In this document: piece after piece, positions 14,793 to 26,780 of the stretch
How positions within the stretch are numbered: position 1 is the first letter of the stretch
How the letters are laid out: every line of letters begins with the position of its first letter
Assembly (NCBI RefSeq): GCF_009914755.1
Contig: NC_060947.1
Reading direction: 5' to 3' (one strand)
DNA: 64,000 bases
Origin: the human T2T-CHM13v2.0 reference genome, Homo sapiens
Position numbers and translations under genes: made by a program
Notes under the pieces: generated by a model
Told to the model about the DNA's origin: nothing
Seen by the model: the letters and a program-made list of their open reading frames with translations, nothing else
Databases searched by the model: none

Positions 14793-15140
14793 CAGAGGTT
14801 GAAAATTGGTGATCCTGGGCCATATACAGCCTGGTAGAAATTTTTAGTTTGGCCTGCACAATGGTTTGGGAAAAATTCAAACTGTATGCAAAGATTTCAA
14901 AATGTGGAGATTTCATTGTAAAAATCTGGTTTTCTCTTTTTTCCTGAAAAATAAAGCTCTTGCATCACTGGGCCCACATTTCCTTGTAGCAATCATTGAA
15001 TGAAGTTGAAAAGAGGCTGCCCCATTATGATGAGACATTAGCTCTTCAACTCTATTGTCACCAACTAGCCTCCCTCACTCATTTAATTACCAGCCTGGCC
15101 TGTAGGGGCATATCCCTTATCAAGTTTGCTATTTTCGGTC
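14793..15140. mobile_element. hAT-Charlie-like MITE (MER102/MER58 group)
   Basis: CAGAGGTTGAAAATTGG...GGGCCATATACAGCCTG start and GGGCCCACATTTCC internal motif. Heavily diverged. Confidence 0.4.
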
Positions 15141-15583
15141 TAATCCTCCTTTATTAGAAATGGATGGACCCAGCTAATTGGGTAGCCTGAAAAACCCCTG
15201 AATTGTTGCCATGAAAAAACACAATTTCTTTTTCTTGATTCTTAGGAGGTTTTCTTAGAAATGCAGAATTCTTTTATCTAACCCTTTCATTTTAGAGATG
15301 AAAGGGCTGAGGGCCAGAGTAGGTAATGACTTGCCCAGGCTCACAGAGCGACTTCTTTGTCTTTTGACTGGTGTGCTTAGAAATACCAAAAAAATATTTA
15401 GGGAAATGTATTCCTTTATAAATTTTCCATTTTAATTTTTTATCTTCTTAAATCTAGAAGAATTAATTTAAATACAGGAATTGATCTTTCAAGTCTCAAG
15501 TTAATCTCGTTAATTTTTTCCTTGAATTGTTTGGGAAACTTAGTGTTGGTTGTGTAGAAGTGATAGTGTGGCAGTAGTAGTAG

Positions 15584-16312
15584 TGAAACTGCCTTTGCAA
15601 AAATTATAACTGAGACAGTGAAAGAGATCCTGACCTAACTGGCTCCATCTTGCTTCTAACCTCCGAGCTGGACTTGTTCATTCCTGGGTGTAGGCCGAAC
15701 TTTGGGAGGAACTTAGTTTATGGTTTAGCTTTGAAAAAAGAAGATAACAGCCCTTCCCCAAATAAACCCCCCTCTTGCCTGGGGATAGTCTGACTTTGCA
15801 GGACTAACAAATTGGCTACAAGATTAGAAATTACAGTTTAGGGGCCATGCAGCGTCTGGATGCAAGAATCTGAACCTCCCCAAATTGTTCCTGGGGATAA
15901 CATCATTTTGTAAAAACTAAGATCAGTGCTTGAGATATTTTGCAGACTCCACACTCGACGGATCAGCTGACACCACCTGGACCTTTTATCTGGCTCAACG
16001 CGTTCTGCCATCCCACCCAGGAACAAAAAAACTCAAGAAAAACAGCAAGAAAAACTCACTTTGACTCCCCTATAATTCCATCTCTAACCTGACCAATCAG
16101 CACTCCCCACTTCTCGAGCCCCTATCCACCAAATTATCCTTAAAAACTCTGATCCTGGAATGCTCAGGAAGACTGATTTGAATAATAATAAAACTCCAGT
16201 CTCCCGCACAGCTGGCTCTGTGTGAATTACTCTTTCTTTGTTGCAATTCCCCTGTCTTGATAAATCAGCTCTGTCTAGGCAGCTGGCAAGGTGATCCCAT
16301 TGGGCAGTTACA
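15584..16312 (+). mobile_element. LTR8-family ERV1 solo LTR
   Basis: TGAAACTGCCTTTGCAAAAATTATAACTGAGACAGTG...CCCATTGGGCAGTTACA with TG...CA ends. AATAAA near 16186. 4-bp TSD GTAG. Confidence 0.9.
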
Positions 16313-16348
16313 GTAGTAGTAGTAATAGTAGTAGTAGTAGTAGTAGTA
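16313..16348. repeat. (GTA)n trinucleotide repeat, with a shorter left part at 15573-15583
   Basis: GTAGTAGTAGTAATAGTAGTAG... read directly on both sides of the LTR. Confidence 0.9.
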
Positions 16349-16479
16349 ACAAAACCCAGTATGTGAAAATGTGAATTGATAATCCCGGGCTAATAGTTTC
16401 CTTCTAGAAAGGCTGCTGATTTTTTTTTCTTTGTGGGTTTTCTGTCTGAGCCTGTGAATTTTGATTCCAGTTTTATATT

Positions 16480-16895
16480 TAGCTTTTTAAAAAACCGAGG
16501 TAAAATGCATATACACAGTGATAAAATGTATGACTGTAGCCATTTTAAAGTGTACAATTCAGAAAATGGAAACCCCACATTCATATCCCTGTTTCTGCCT
16601 ACCCCCAGCTCCTGGCAACCACAAATATGCTTTCTGTCTCCATGGATTTAAGAATCAAACAATATGTGACCCTTTGAGTCTGACTTATTTCACTTAGCAT
16701 AATGTTTTCAAGGTTCACCCATGTTGTACCATATATCAGTGCTTTATTACATTTTATAAGTGGATAATATTCTACTGTATGGATGAGCTACACTTTGCTT
16801 ATCCATTCATCCATTGATGGACATTTAGGTTGTTTCCCCCTTTTTGCTATTGTAAATAAAGTTGCTATGAACACTCATGTACAAGTTTTTTTAAA
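16480..16895 (-). mobile_element. Old L1M 3' fragment
   Basis: TTTAAAGTGTACAATTCAG and TTCACTTAGCATAATGTTTTCAAGGTTCACCCATGTTG are antisense L1M motifs. Confidence 0.8.
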
Positions 16896-17809
16896 ATGCT
16901 GATTTATGAAGTTTGTATTTCAGGAACTCATTTATCATTTCTGAAATATTGCTTGTCTACTGTGAATAAAGGTAAAAAAAGGAGTCGGCAGGTCAACCAA
17001 GTGTCAATTTCTATTGATTTCTCTTCTGTATCTCTGTATCTGGCTTGAAATTGCAGACATTTACAGGCAAGAAATAGCAGTTCATTTTCAGTAGGCATCT
17101 ATCTGGAAAGTACCAGGTGCTTTAAACAAATTACGAAGAAGAAATCAAACTAACCAAGTGATGCAGCCATTATAAGCTATCAAATCTTATGGGAGAAAGT
17201 ATGGATCTTATTCAGGAAGGTATCGACAAAAGAAGAGCTTAGCTCTGAGTCAAGGTACATCTGTTGAGCTTTTCACTTTCATTCAACAAACATGTATTGA
17301 GTGCCCACAAGGCTGATCTTATGCACAAAGGGAGATTAGAGTCTAGTGAGGAAATGTAGACATTAAGTAAATACACACGTGTAATTACAAATAGTCCTTG
17401 AAAAAAGTGTGTAAGGAGTATGACAGTACATAATAGGGCTACCTGCTCTCTTCTGGGGGCTATGACAAAGCCTTGCTTTGTGAGAGTTAACAAGGTGGGC
17501 AAACAAGTATTGAGTACCTAATGTGTGCTGGTTACTGCCATAAATGTTTTGACTTCAAGGATGAGTAAGAAGTGGCCTTTGCTCAGAAGAAATTTTGTTT
17601 TCTAGAGAATGGTTAGGAAACCCCCTCCTGTATCATTTACTATCAAATGCTTTATCTTAATGAATGACAAAGAAAGGGCTCCTGGAACCCATTCATTTTC
17701 CTGGGAGCTTCCAGGGGAGCTCTCTCAGAGAAAGGCTCAGTATAGGCAGAGGAATTTTTACAGGAACGTTTTCAAATTCTTCAATTTTAATTCAGATCTA
17801 AAGTTTGAT

Positions 17810-17875
17810 AGCTGACATCACGCCAATGCACTCCAGCCTGGGCCACAGAGTGAGACTCCCATGTTGAAAAAAAAA
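17810..17875 (+). mobile_element. Alu 3'-terminal fragment (66 bp)
   Basis: AGCTGACATCACGCCAATGCACTCCAGCCTGGGCCACAGAGTGAGACTCC plus an A tail. No left TSD is visible. Confidence 0.85.
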
Positions 17876-20800
17876 TTTCATCTTGACCATAAGATATAAC
17901 TTCCATAAGCCTTTCATAAACTTTATAAGCTTTATTAAGGAGTTGGTTAAGCCTTCAAGAAAATCTTGTTAATCTGACACAGAGGCCCATATGCTTGTCT
18001 TGCATCAGTGTGCTTTTGACATTAATGATTCATTTATAGAGAAACTGAACTTATTTTATCTCTCAAAATCAGCCCTTACAATCTCACACACCCCACCTCT
18101 TCTGCAATAGTCCCTGGGTCTTGAGGAGTTGAATAGCTTTAATTTCTGGCCCTGTGTCTGAGGAATGCCGTTTATTTTGACTGGCATCTTCTGCCAGGCC
18201 TGAAGATGAGGCTTTAATTGCTATCAGTGTTTAAGATTTAGCAGGACTTGGTGTCCCTTTTAGACCCAGGAGTCAAAACCCTGTAACTCAATGTCACAAG
18301 TACTTCAAAAGCACATACAGAAAGGTACATAAATGTAATAACCTTAATTAAATTTTTTTAATTTCCGTTTTTTTCCTAAGCAAACCAAAACTTAATAATA
18401 ATGGCGTAGGAATTGTTTCAATAAACTGTAAAATCTGTTAGGCCAGTTACCAAAAGGCAAAAGAAAAGACCTTCTGTACTACACAGAATATTATGTTGGT
18501 AGAAAACATTTTCTTTACACCTTTAATAAAACTTCTTTAGCATCAGGGCCGCAACAAACAGAACTTGAGGAAAAAAACTTATATGAGCTGAATATGAGTT
18601 GGAGAGAATTACTGTTTCATGCCCTTTAAAAGGGGAGAAAAAACTGAAAACGGTGAGAGGCACTAACAGTTGAACTTTGGGTTAAAAAAATTAAAATCTC
18701 TTGTAATTTATTAAGAGTAAGTCAATCCCTTATGAAAATTTCATTGTTCTAACCAATTATTTAGTGTATAAGTGTTTTTTTAACACCTGTAATTTCCCTT
18801 TAATTACAGACAAGTTGATCATATAAAAGTTTCTTTTAAATAAATCCTCCTATTGTGATTTAAACAGACTGTTCATGACACACTTGAACTTTCTGGTTTG
18901 TCCTGAACATCCCTCTTTCTTAAACAATCAGTCACTTTATTCTAGAACTAAATTTACCGTACAAGATTCTTTCTCATATAAAATTATTTCTCTTTAAGCT
19001 TTCTTACCAAAAAACCTCTTTGTTTTTATAACTTTATTTACATCTTTCTTATTTCCTCGTTCCCTTTACCTTGTTTTATACATGACCTTTAAATAAGCTT
19101 TGAATTAGACAAAAATTGTTCACCTTTTAAAAAAAACATTTTTTTGAAAGAATGTTTTCCTACAATAGATTTTTATTGGAAAATACCCAAATAATGAAAT
19201 ATCTATTATTTAATATAACTTTAGATTGTAAATTATGATGCATTTGTCTACCACACTTTAGATTGTAAATTATGATGAATTTGTCTACCAGTACTTATTC
19301 CATTACATTTACCTAATTATTTTATTTTAATTGTTTGCCTAGATTATTTATGAAAACTGTGATAGTCATCATTTAAAGCTACAGAACCACTGTTGCAAAA
19401 TTATAACTGAGACAGTGAAAAAGCTCTGATCTAACTCACTCCATCTTGCTTCTAACTTCCAAGCTGTCCTTTTTCATTCCTGGGCATAGGCCAAACTAAC
19501 TTTGGGAGGAACTCAGTTTACAGTTTAGCTTTGAAACAAAGACAGCAATAGTCCTTTGCCAAAACAAACCTTACTGCCTATGGACTAGACCACTTAAAAT
19601 CACAAGATTAGAAGTTATGGTTATCTTACTAAATTCAAGATATAGCTATTTTCATGAAACCTATATTAATGTCTTATTTATTAAAAATTACATAAGCAAA
19701 GATCATTCTGTCTTGGTTGGGTTTATAGTTTTATAACCCTATGCCAAATTTTGAAACCTTATAGTATTTGTCAGGAATAAGTGTGAAATTGCTTGATTAA
19801 TAAATGCAAACAAAAATGTATACTGGCAATTCTTAAGACATTTCTAATATTACTTTAGCAATAATTTTAAAGCTAGCTTATTTATTAAAGATTTTACTTG
19901 TTACGTAAACATGAAAAAGCATTTGACTAGTCTTTTCTTTTTTTCCTGATAAAGTATTTGATTCAAGCACTTTTATATTCTTAAGCCAATTAATTAGAGC
20001 TCTTTTATATATTTTCAGTAGTGAAACACTGTGTATACAACACATAAATACATAGATGTATTAGGCATGTCAATAGAAGTACATCTTATAGGGTCATAAA
20101 GACCCTTTTTTCTCCTATCTTAGACTTTCAAATTGATGATAACCTGTTTCACAAGCCTAGGCAGTTGTCAGCTAAATAGCCTTAAATTTGCAAATTAAAG
20201 GAAACAACTCAGGTGAAAATCAAATAGCAAAATTTACATCATAAGGTACGGAGAGAAAAAGTATGATGTGCTAGAGGGAAATTAAAACTGATTTAATTGC
20301 CAACTAAAATTATAAAAATGATAGAAATTATAAAGGCCTTTTAAATATATATACACACATATACACACACATACAAAGATCCTATAGCTTCTACTTCAGA
20401 ACTTTAGCCATGAGATAAATACAAATTCACCACTTTGCAAAAAAACCTGTTGGATCCAAACAGTGGTTTTTATCTTAATTAAAAAAAACCAGCAGATTTA
20501 AAGCATGCAGAAAAGAAAGTAGAAAGAAAGAGAACTTGAGAACTCTGTAGTTTTAAGGTCAACCTTAAGATTCTTTTTCCTTAATGCAAATGTGCACATA
20601 GACCATATTCTTTCCATTTTACATCTATAAAACCTATGGAGTGCTCAAAAGGGGGGGTCATTCTCCTTGTTTTCTCCTCATTCTTAGATTATTTGTTATC
20701 TACTTTGTCTTAAAAGGAGAAGCTGAGATATGACCTAGGGTTTTTGTGTGGTGGATCTGTGTCTGCTGCTTGTGGGCAGGACAACACAGTGTATCACCAC

Positions 20801-22286
20801 TGAGTCGTTTCCACCCTTTTACGTGTTTCAGTTTCTCTCTCCCGAGGTCTGTGACCTCTGAGAGGGCTCAGAATGCCAGCTGATTAGCCCTTATATGCGT
20901 TTCCTGGATGAGCTATTTTTTAAAACAGTAATTTTTGTTGGGAATTTCCCTGTAGGGCTGCTGCATGTCACAGGGGGGTCAACCCCCCAGACACTCCCAT
21001 GAGGTCCCTGGTCACCCAGGGGCACCTTTTGGCTGGGAGGAGAAAAATGCCCTTTCTCTTCCGAGCTGAGAAAACTGTCTCTCATTTACCGATGAAAACA
21101 ACTGTTCTGTTCCTCATGCAAATGCACACAGACAAGCCAAAATGAAATTAATTTGGGGAGAAAAAGCAATAGGGAAGACCCTTTAGAATGTATCTTCGAA
21201 CTAGAATTAAGATCCTTAAACAACTTCCTAGGAGAAAAGAAAAAAAACAACAGCCAAGACCACTTCCTGTAAACTGTGCTCAGCCACCCCTAAATTTGTA
21301 GCTCTCGTATGCTATTACACACACCAAACTCAAATCCTCTCACAGTACAAGGTAATCTCTGGTATCCCTAAAGAGGTCGGGTTATGCAATACAGGAAAAC
21401 AGAACTTTAGACCTAAGAAGAATCTGCCCATGACTCTTGAAACTCCAAAGAAAGCAGAACTCCCCCAAAGGGGTGAGTGGGGCATTTGTTCTGATTCATT
21501 TAAAGGGGTTCGAATCATTAGAAGCCTTCTCTAAATTTTTTGGTACTGCAGATGGCAAACGGGGAAGGCGGTATAGGGTGGAAGAAAAGTAAACGAAAGA
21601 ACATTTGTTGTTTTTTAAGACAGGAAGCAAATACAGAAACCAAGTGCATTTTTTTCCCTCTTTTGCAGCTGCAAGGAGTTTTAGCCAAATTAGAGAGGAT
21701 TTGTTACTCATAATTTGGAATTCTCACTCGGATTTGACCAAGTCAGGTAGAGTTAGTCAAATCTGATGGGAGAAAGACCGGAACAAACAATAAAAATACC
21801 CCCAACAATATGATCACTGAGCGCTGTAATGGTAAGGGGAAATTAAGACCAGCTGGTTGTTAAACTTTAGCCAAGACAAAACCCCAATTCTGCTACTTAC
21901 CTAGGGATGGGTCTCAGGCTAAAGGCTGCTTTCTACCATCCTAGAAGCAGGAAAAAAACCTCAAACTCGTCCTCCCTGCCGGGAGCAAGCTCAAACTCCA
22001 TAAAGGAGTTACCTGCCTTCCATCATTATGGAAGCTGAAAAGCTTGCCTTTCTTGTTGGAAGCAAGTAAAAATCCAAAAAAAAGGGGTTGTACAGCAAAA
22101 TAAACTTTTGATTTCAATCAAATTTTGGGAGATCAGGGATTTTCTGGAGTAAGTGCTCCCAGACCTCAGCAAATTGTCCTATTGGTTTGAGCCATAAAGT
22201 TAGCTCATGCTGGTACCAAGCACTGATAGCAGATTTGTCAAAGGTCAGGGGTACCTCCACCCGGAATCCCTCCATCGTTACCAAAA
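17876..22286 (-). mobile_element. MER4-group non-autonomous ERV1 internal region, 3'-truncated
   Basis: Contiguous with the PBS and MER4A LTR. AT-rich, no gag/pol/env ORF in the track, no 3' LTR. Confidence 0.75.
22266..22283 (-). promoter_or_regulatory. Retroviral primer-binding site, tRNA-Arg(UCG)-like
   Basis: Minus strand TGGTAACGATGGAGGGAT lies 3 nt after the LTR end. It matches the recalled complement of the tRNA-Arg-TCG 3' end (TGGTAACCACGAAGGGAT) at 15/18. Confidence 0.7.
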
Positions 22287-22727
22287 TGTGAAACCCGAAT
22301 ATCTGAGATAGGTCTCAGTTAATTTAGAAAGTTTATTTTGTCAAGGTTGAGGACGTGCACCTGTGACACAGCCTCAGCAGGTCCTGACGACATGTCCAAG
22401 GTGGTCAGAGCACAATTTTTTTTTATACATTTTAGAGAGACATGAGACATCAATCAACATATGTAAGATGAACATTGGTTCGGTCTGGAAGGGCGGGACA
22501 ACTCGAAGAAAACGGGGGACAACTCGAAGTGGGGAGGGAGCTTCCTGGCCATAGGTAGACAAGAGACAAATGGTTGCATTCTTTTGAGCTTCTGATTAGC
22601 CTCTCCAAAGGAGGCAATTAGATATGCATTTATAATAAAATGGGAGACAGGTTTTTCCCAGTTCCCAGCTTAACTTTTCCCTTTAGCATAGTGATTTTGG
22701 GGCCCCAAGATTTATTTTCCTTTCACA
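22287..22727 (-). mobile_element. MER4A/MER4A1 LTR (5' LTR of the truncated provirus)
   Basis: Minus strand starts TGTGAAAGGAAAATAAATCTTGGGGCCCCAAAATCAC and ends ...GGGTTTCACA. 441 bp. Confidence 0.85.
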
Positions 22728-22993
22728 ATATGATTAGGTTAATAGTGATTTGTCTTATAACCTTTCAGGAACCCCTTTACTGAAAATGAGAATATTGTGA
22801 ATAAATTATCATTTACATGCTCCCATTGTGGAATGTGATCATAATTTTAGCAAAGGGCTTGCTGATTACTGGACTGAGAATCACCAAAGAAGTGAGATAA
22901 AATGTGTGGAAGGGTTTGGAAGGCCTCTGCAAAGAGCAGGGAGAAGGGAGTGGAGAAAGATAAGGCAAAAGCACACAGAAATGAAAAAGAGTA

Positions 22994-24056
22994 CAGTAGG
23001 TCCTCTGTACCTGATGGTTCCATATCAGCAGATTCAACCTACTGCAGATCAAAAGTATTTGAAAAAAATAATGAGAAATAAAAATAAAATCCTAAGACCC
23101 CCAACTGACTGAACAGACCTCCTCTTGGCTAAGGGGAATCCCAGAGAAACCTGAAAAGTGGAGTTCCTGGCCATGAAAGGATAGGAGGTAAGACATGCCT
23201 CAATAGGCCTTTTTCTTATTAATTTTTAACCCAAATTCTTTCCTAAAGAGTAAGCAGAAATCAGTGGTGGAAAATCAGAAATGGACGACTCATTCCTTTA
23301 TCATCCTTAGCCAAGTATCTGGGGCAGTGACCAGATTTTCCTTCCCGTTTGTGGTTTCAACACAGCAACTGACCAGCATTCCTTCCTGATAAGAGGCCAC
23401 CGATCATGGAGTGGTTCCGGCCGGTCTACAAATGACGTACAGTGAGGGTTTTCACGTCCTCTGCTTCACCTTTTGACATCAGAAGGCTGAGAACTCCACC
23501 CTCTGATCATGCTAACACACCATTTTTTGTACATGTGACCCATGAAGAGGCATGAAATTCGATTGGATATATGCATGCTTCTTTCATAAATATTCATAAA
23601 TCCTCCTACAGCTTATTAAATATGTATACTTACACAACCCATCCAGCACAAATTCCTTTCTTATCCTTCCCTCCCTCAAAGTGTTTGCTCTCAGCTTTTA
23701 CTGGAAGCTACGCATCCCAGCCTGTGGCATGGCCAGCCTGCAGGCTGCAACCCTTTATGAGAAATACAGCTCTCCTTTCCAAATTTATAAACCTTGTGGT
23801 TCTTCAGTTGACAATAACAATACAACAGTAAAAAAAATCCAAATAAAATATAGTATAACAATTATTTACATAGCATTTATAATGTATTAAGTGTTATAAG
23901 TAATCTAGAGATAATTCAAACTATATGGGAGGATGTGTGTAAGTTATATGCAAATATTGCACCATTTTATGTAGAAGACTTGAGCATCCACAGATTTTGG
24001 TATTCTCTTGGAGTGCTGGAACCAATCCCCTGTGGATATGGAGGGATGGACAACTA
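22994..24056 (-). mobile_element. MER2-type Tigger MITE, split by an LTR
   Basis: TA-flanked, CAGTAGGTCCTCTGTA...GGAACCAATCCCCTGTGGATATGGAGGGA. The halves 22994-23071 and 23814-24056 are collinear. Confidence 0.85.
23072..23813 (+). mobile_element. MER50/MER4-group ERV1 solo LTR
   Basis: TGAGAAATAAAAATAAAATCCTAAG...CTTCAGTTGACA, 742 bp. 4-bp TSD ATAA at 23068-23071 and 23814-23817. Confidence 0.8.
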
Positions 24057-24697
24057 TATTATGAAGTGTGGGTATGACTGAGAACCAAATGACATTGCCT
24101 CAGTATCAGTGGTCAGTTGCCTGAAGAGTCTTGAGCCCCTCAAGCTGAGCCAGTGGGAAGAACAATTTTGTGGGGCCTATGCCTGTTAAAACTGCTCTTT
24201 CAGACTAGATAGTTCTAGCAGAATCTTAGTGGTCCCCAGCCTGTTTGGAAATGCCTGGAACTTTTTCAACAAAAGCAGAGACTCTTCCTTGATGGTGGAG
24301 AAGCACAAAGGGGAGCCAGGAAAAAGCACACATCTTGCTCAAGAAAGCTTTGGAGAAACAAAAATTGTAGAGAGAAAGTAAATGAACACTACAGAATCAA
24401 AACAAAAACAAAATCACTATTTATGAAGAAAAACTGGAAGGAAATACAGTTGATATGGTGATGGGATTTGAGCTATCCTTTATTCCAAATTTTCTGCGAT
24501 GTGATTATATTGTAAGTTTTTCATTTTAAGAGAAAGTAATTCCGGCAGTTTGGTGTGTGTGTGTGTGTGTAATGGGGTAGCGGGTGGTGAGCAAGCCCTG
24601 GACTTGTAGTCAGGGGCTCTAGGTTAAACTTTAGCTCTGTTACCAGCTGCTCACTTCTGAGCTAGTTATTTAACTCCTCTCTGCCTTGGTTTCCTTA

Positions 24698-25182
24698 TGT
24701 TGAAAGCTGAAATCAACATAAATTCCGTTCCTGTGTTTAACAATACTGAGACCAGGCATATGTTCCTGTTCCCATGTTAAAAAGTACTGAGAACAAACAA
24801 AAATAACTTAAGCTACTTGCTCTAGGAAATAATAGTTCCTAGAAGATAAGACTGTTAACTAACTAAAATAACTTACCTATGAAGACTAACAGCTTACTCA
24901 TAAAGACTCGTTCAAGTCTTTCCTGTGCCCACCAATCCAAAGCTAGTATGTCGTAAACTCGGCCCAGTCCTAGTTTTGCACCTTGTAAAACTCACCTTAA
25001 AATCACCCAGCTCAGGCCCTAAAACTCTATAAAGATACTTCCAACTTACCCCTTCTGAGACACTACTAAGACTGTCAAGATGGTGTTCTTCCTTACCGCA
25101 GTGAGTCTGATCAGGATACCCCTCAACTGCTTTGCATGGTACTGTAACAGGTTCTCCTGGCAGGTTTTTTGAGGACTTGACA
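24698..25182 (+). mobile_element. ERV1-class solo LTR (subfamily unresolved) interrupting a MIR
   Basis: TG...CA ends and a TATAAA box near 25028. MIR sequence runs up to it (TTGGTTTCCTTA) and resumes after it (ATATGTAAAAGAGGATGGTTGGACT). TSD not recognisable. Confidence 0.55.
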
Positions 25183-25429
25183 ATATGTAAAAGAGGATGG
25201 TTGGACTCTATACTCTCAGAAGTCCCTTTTATTTCTCACTTTCTCAAATTCGTGTTGGTGACATTTTCTTCTTGTTGGCTGTCTTTCTGACATGGATTCA
25301 GTCACTTTTACAAACTATTTTTTCAGGCTTTGTTATTTTTCTTTTTCCTTCCTTAATTTGAAAGTGCAGTCTAAGCTGGGCATTTCAGAGGAACAGCCAC
25401 TGGTAGGTTCCAGCTGCAATTAAGAAGCT

Positions 25430-25548
25430 GAAAGATGGATAGTGGTGATGGTTGTGCAACCATGTGAATGTATTTAATGCTACAGAACTGTACAATTAAA
25501 ATGGTAAAAATGATAAATTTTGTTATGTATATTTTACCAGAATTTTTT
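25430..25548 (+). mobile_element. L1M 3'-terminal fragment
   Basis: GATGGATAGTGGTGATGGTTGTGCAAC...AATTTTGTTATGTATATTTTACCA is an L1MB/MC terminus. Confidence 0.75.
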
Positions 25549-26178
<630 letters not shown>

Positions 26179-26780
26179 TACCAGAATTTTTTCAAAAGAA
26201 GAAGCTAAAGGCAATTTCCTCTTTCCAATATTTACACTGGCACCATAGGATGCCAGCAAAGGGCTGCTGGAAACTGTTCCTCTTCTAGGTTAAAAGACAT
26301 ATACACGAAATGTACAGGTCTAGAGCTTGTTAGAGTAAGGAGGTGCTCAGTGTCCAGCCTCCTCCTCCTCCTTTCTCCTTCTTCTCCGGGGAAGAGTAGG
26401 AGAGGCAACACTTTCTTTCCTATTCCTATTTAGCTGGATTTCAAACCTAAGAGTATAAAGACAGAGTGGGTAAATACCCAGAACCTGGTTCAGGAACGTC
26501 TTGGTTCAGTACACCCCTCTATTCTGACCCAATTTTTGCACTGGTGGATTGGGGTACAATGACAAGAAGGGTAACGTTATGGTTAGACCAATGTTAAGTT
26601 TAGGGAGAAGGTGGATGTAACTTGAGGAGAGGCAGACGTGGTTAGAAATGGCAGACACAAGCAGTATATCTGAGTATCAATTTTTCTTTGGCAGCGAAAG
26701 CATAAGGAATACACAGGTTATTTTATGTACATATAAGCTCGATAAATCTGGCATTTCTAGCTCTCACCAAAAGGTCCATC

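Noticed and set aside
17020-17225. Possible exon (pyrimidine tract, TGCAG acceptor, AAG/GTAT donor-like site)
   Set aside because: No recognisable protein and no partner exons. Such motifs are frequent by chance.
22491-22530. Direct repeat GGGACAACTCGAAG with a spacer, superficially CRISPR-like
   Set aside because: Only two copies, inside the MER4A LTR of a primate genome, with no array or cas genes.
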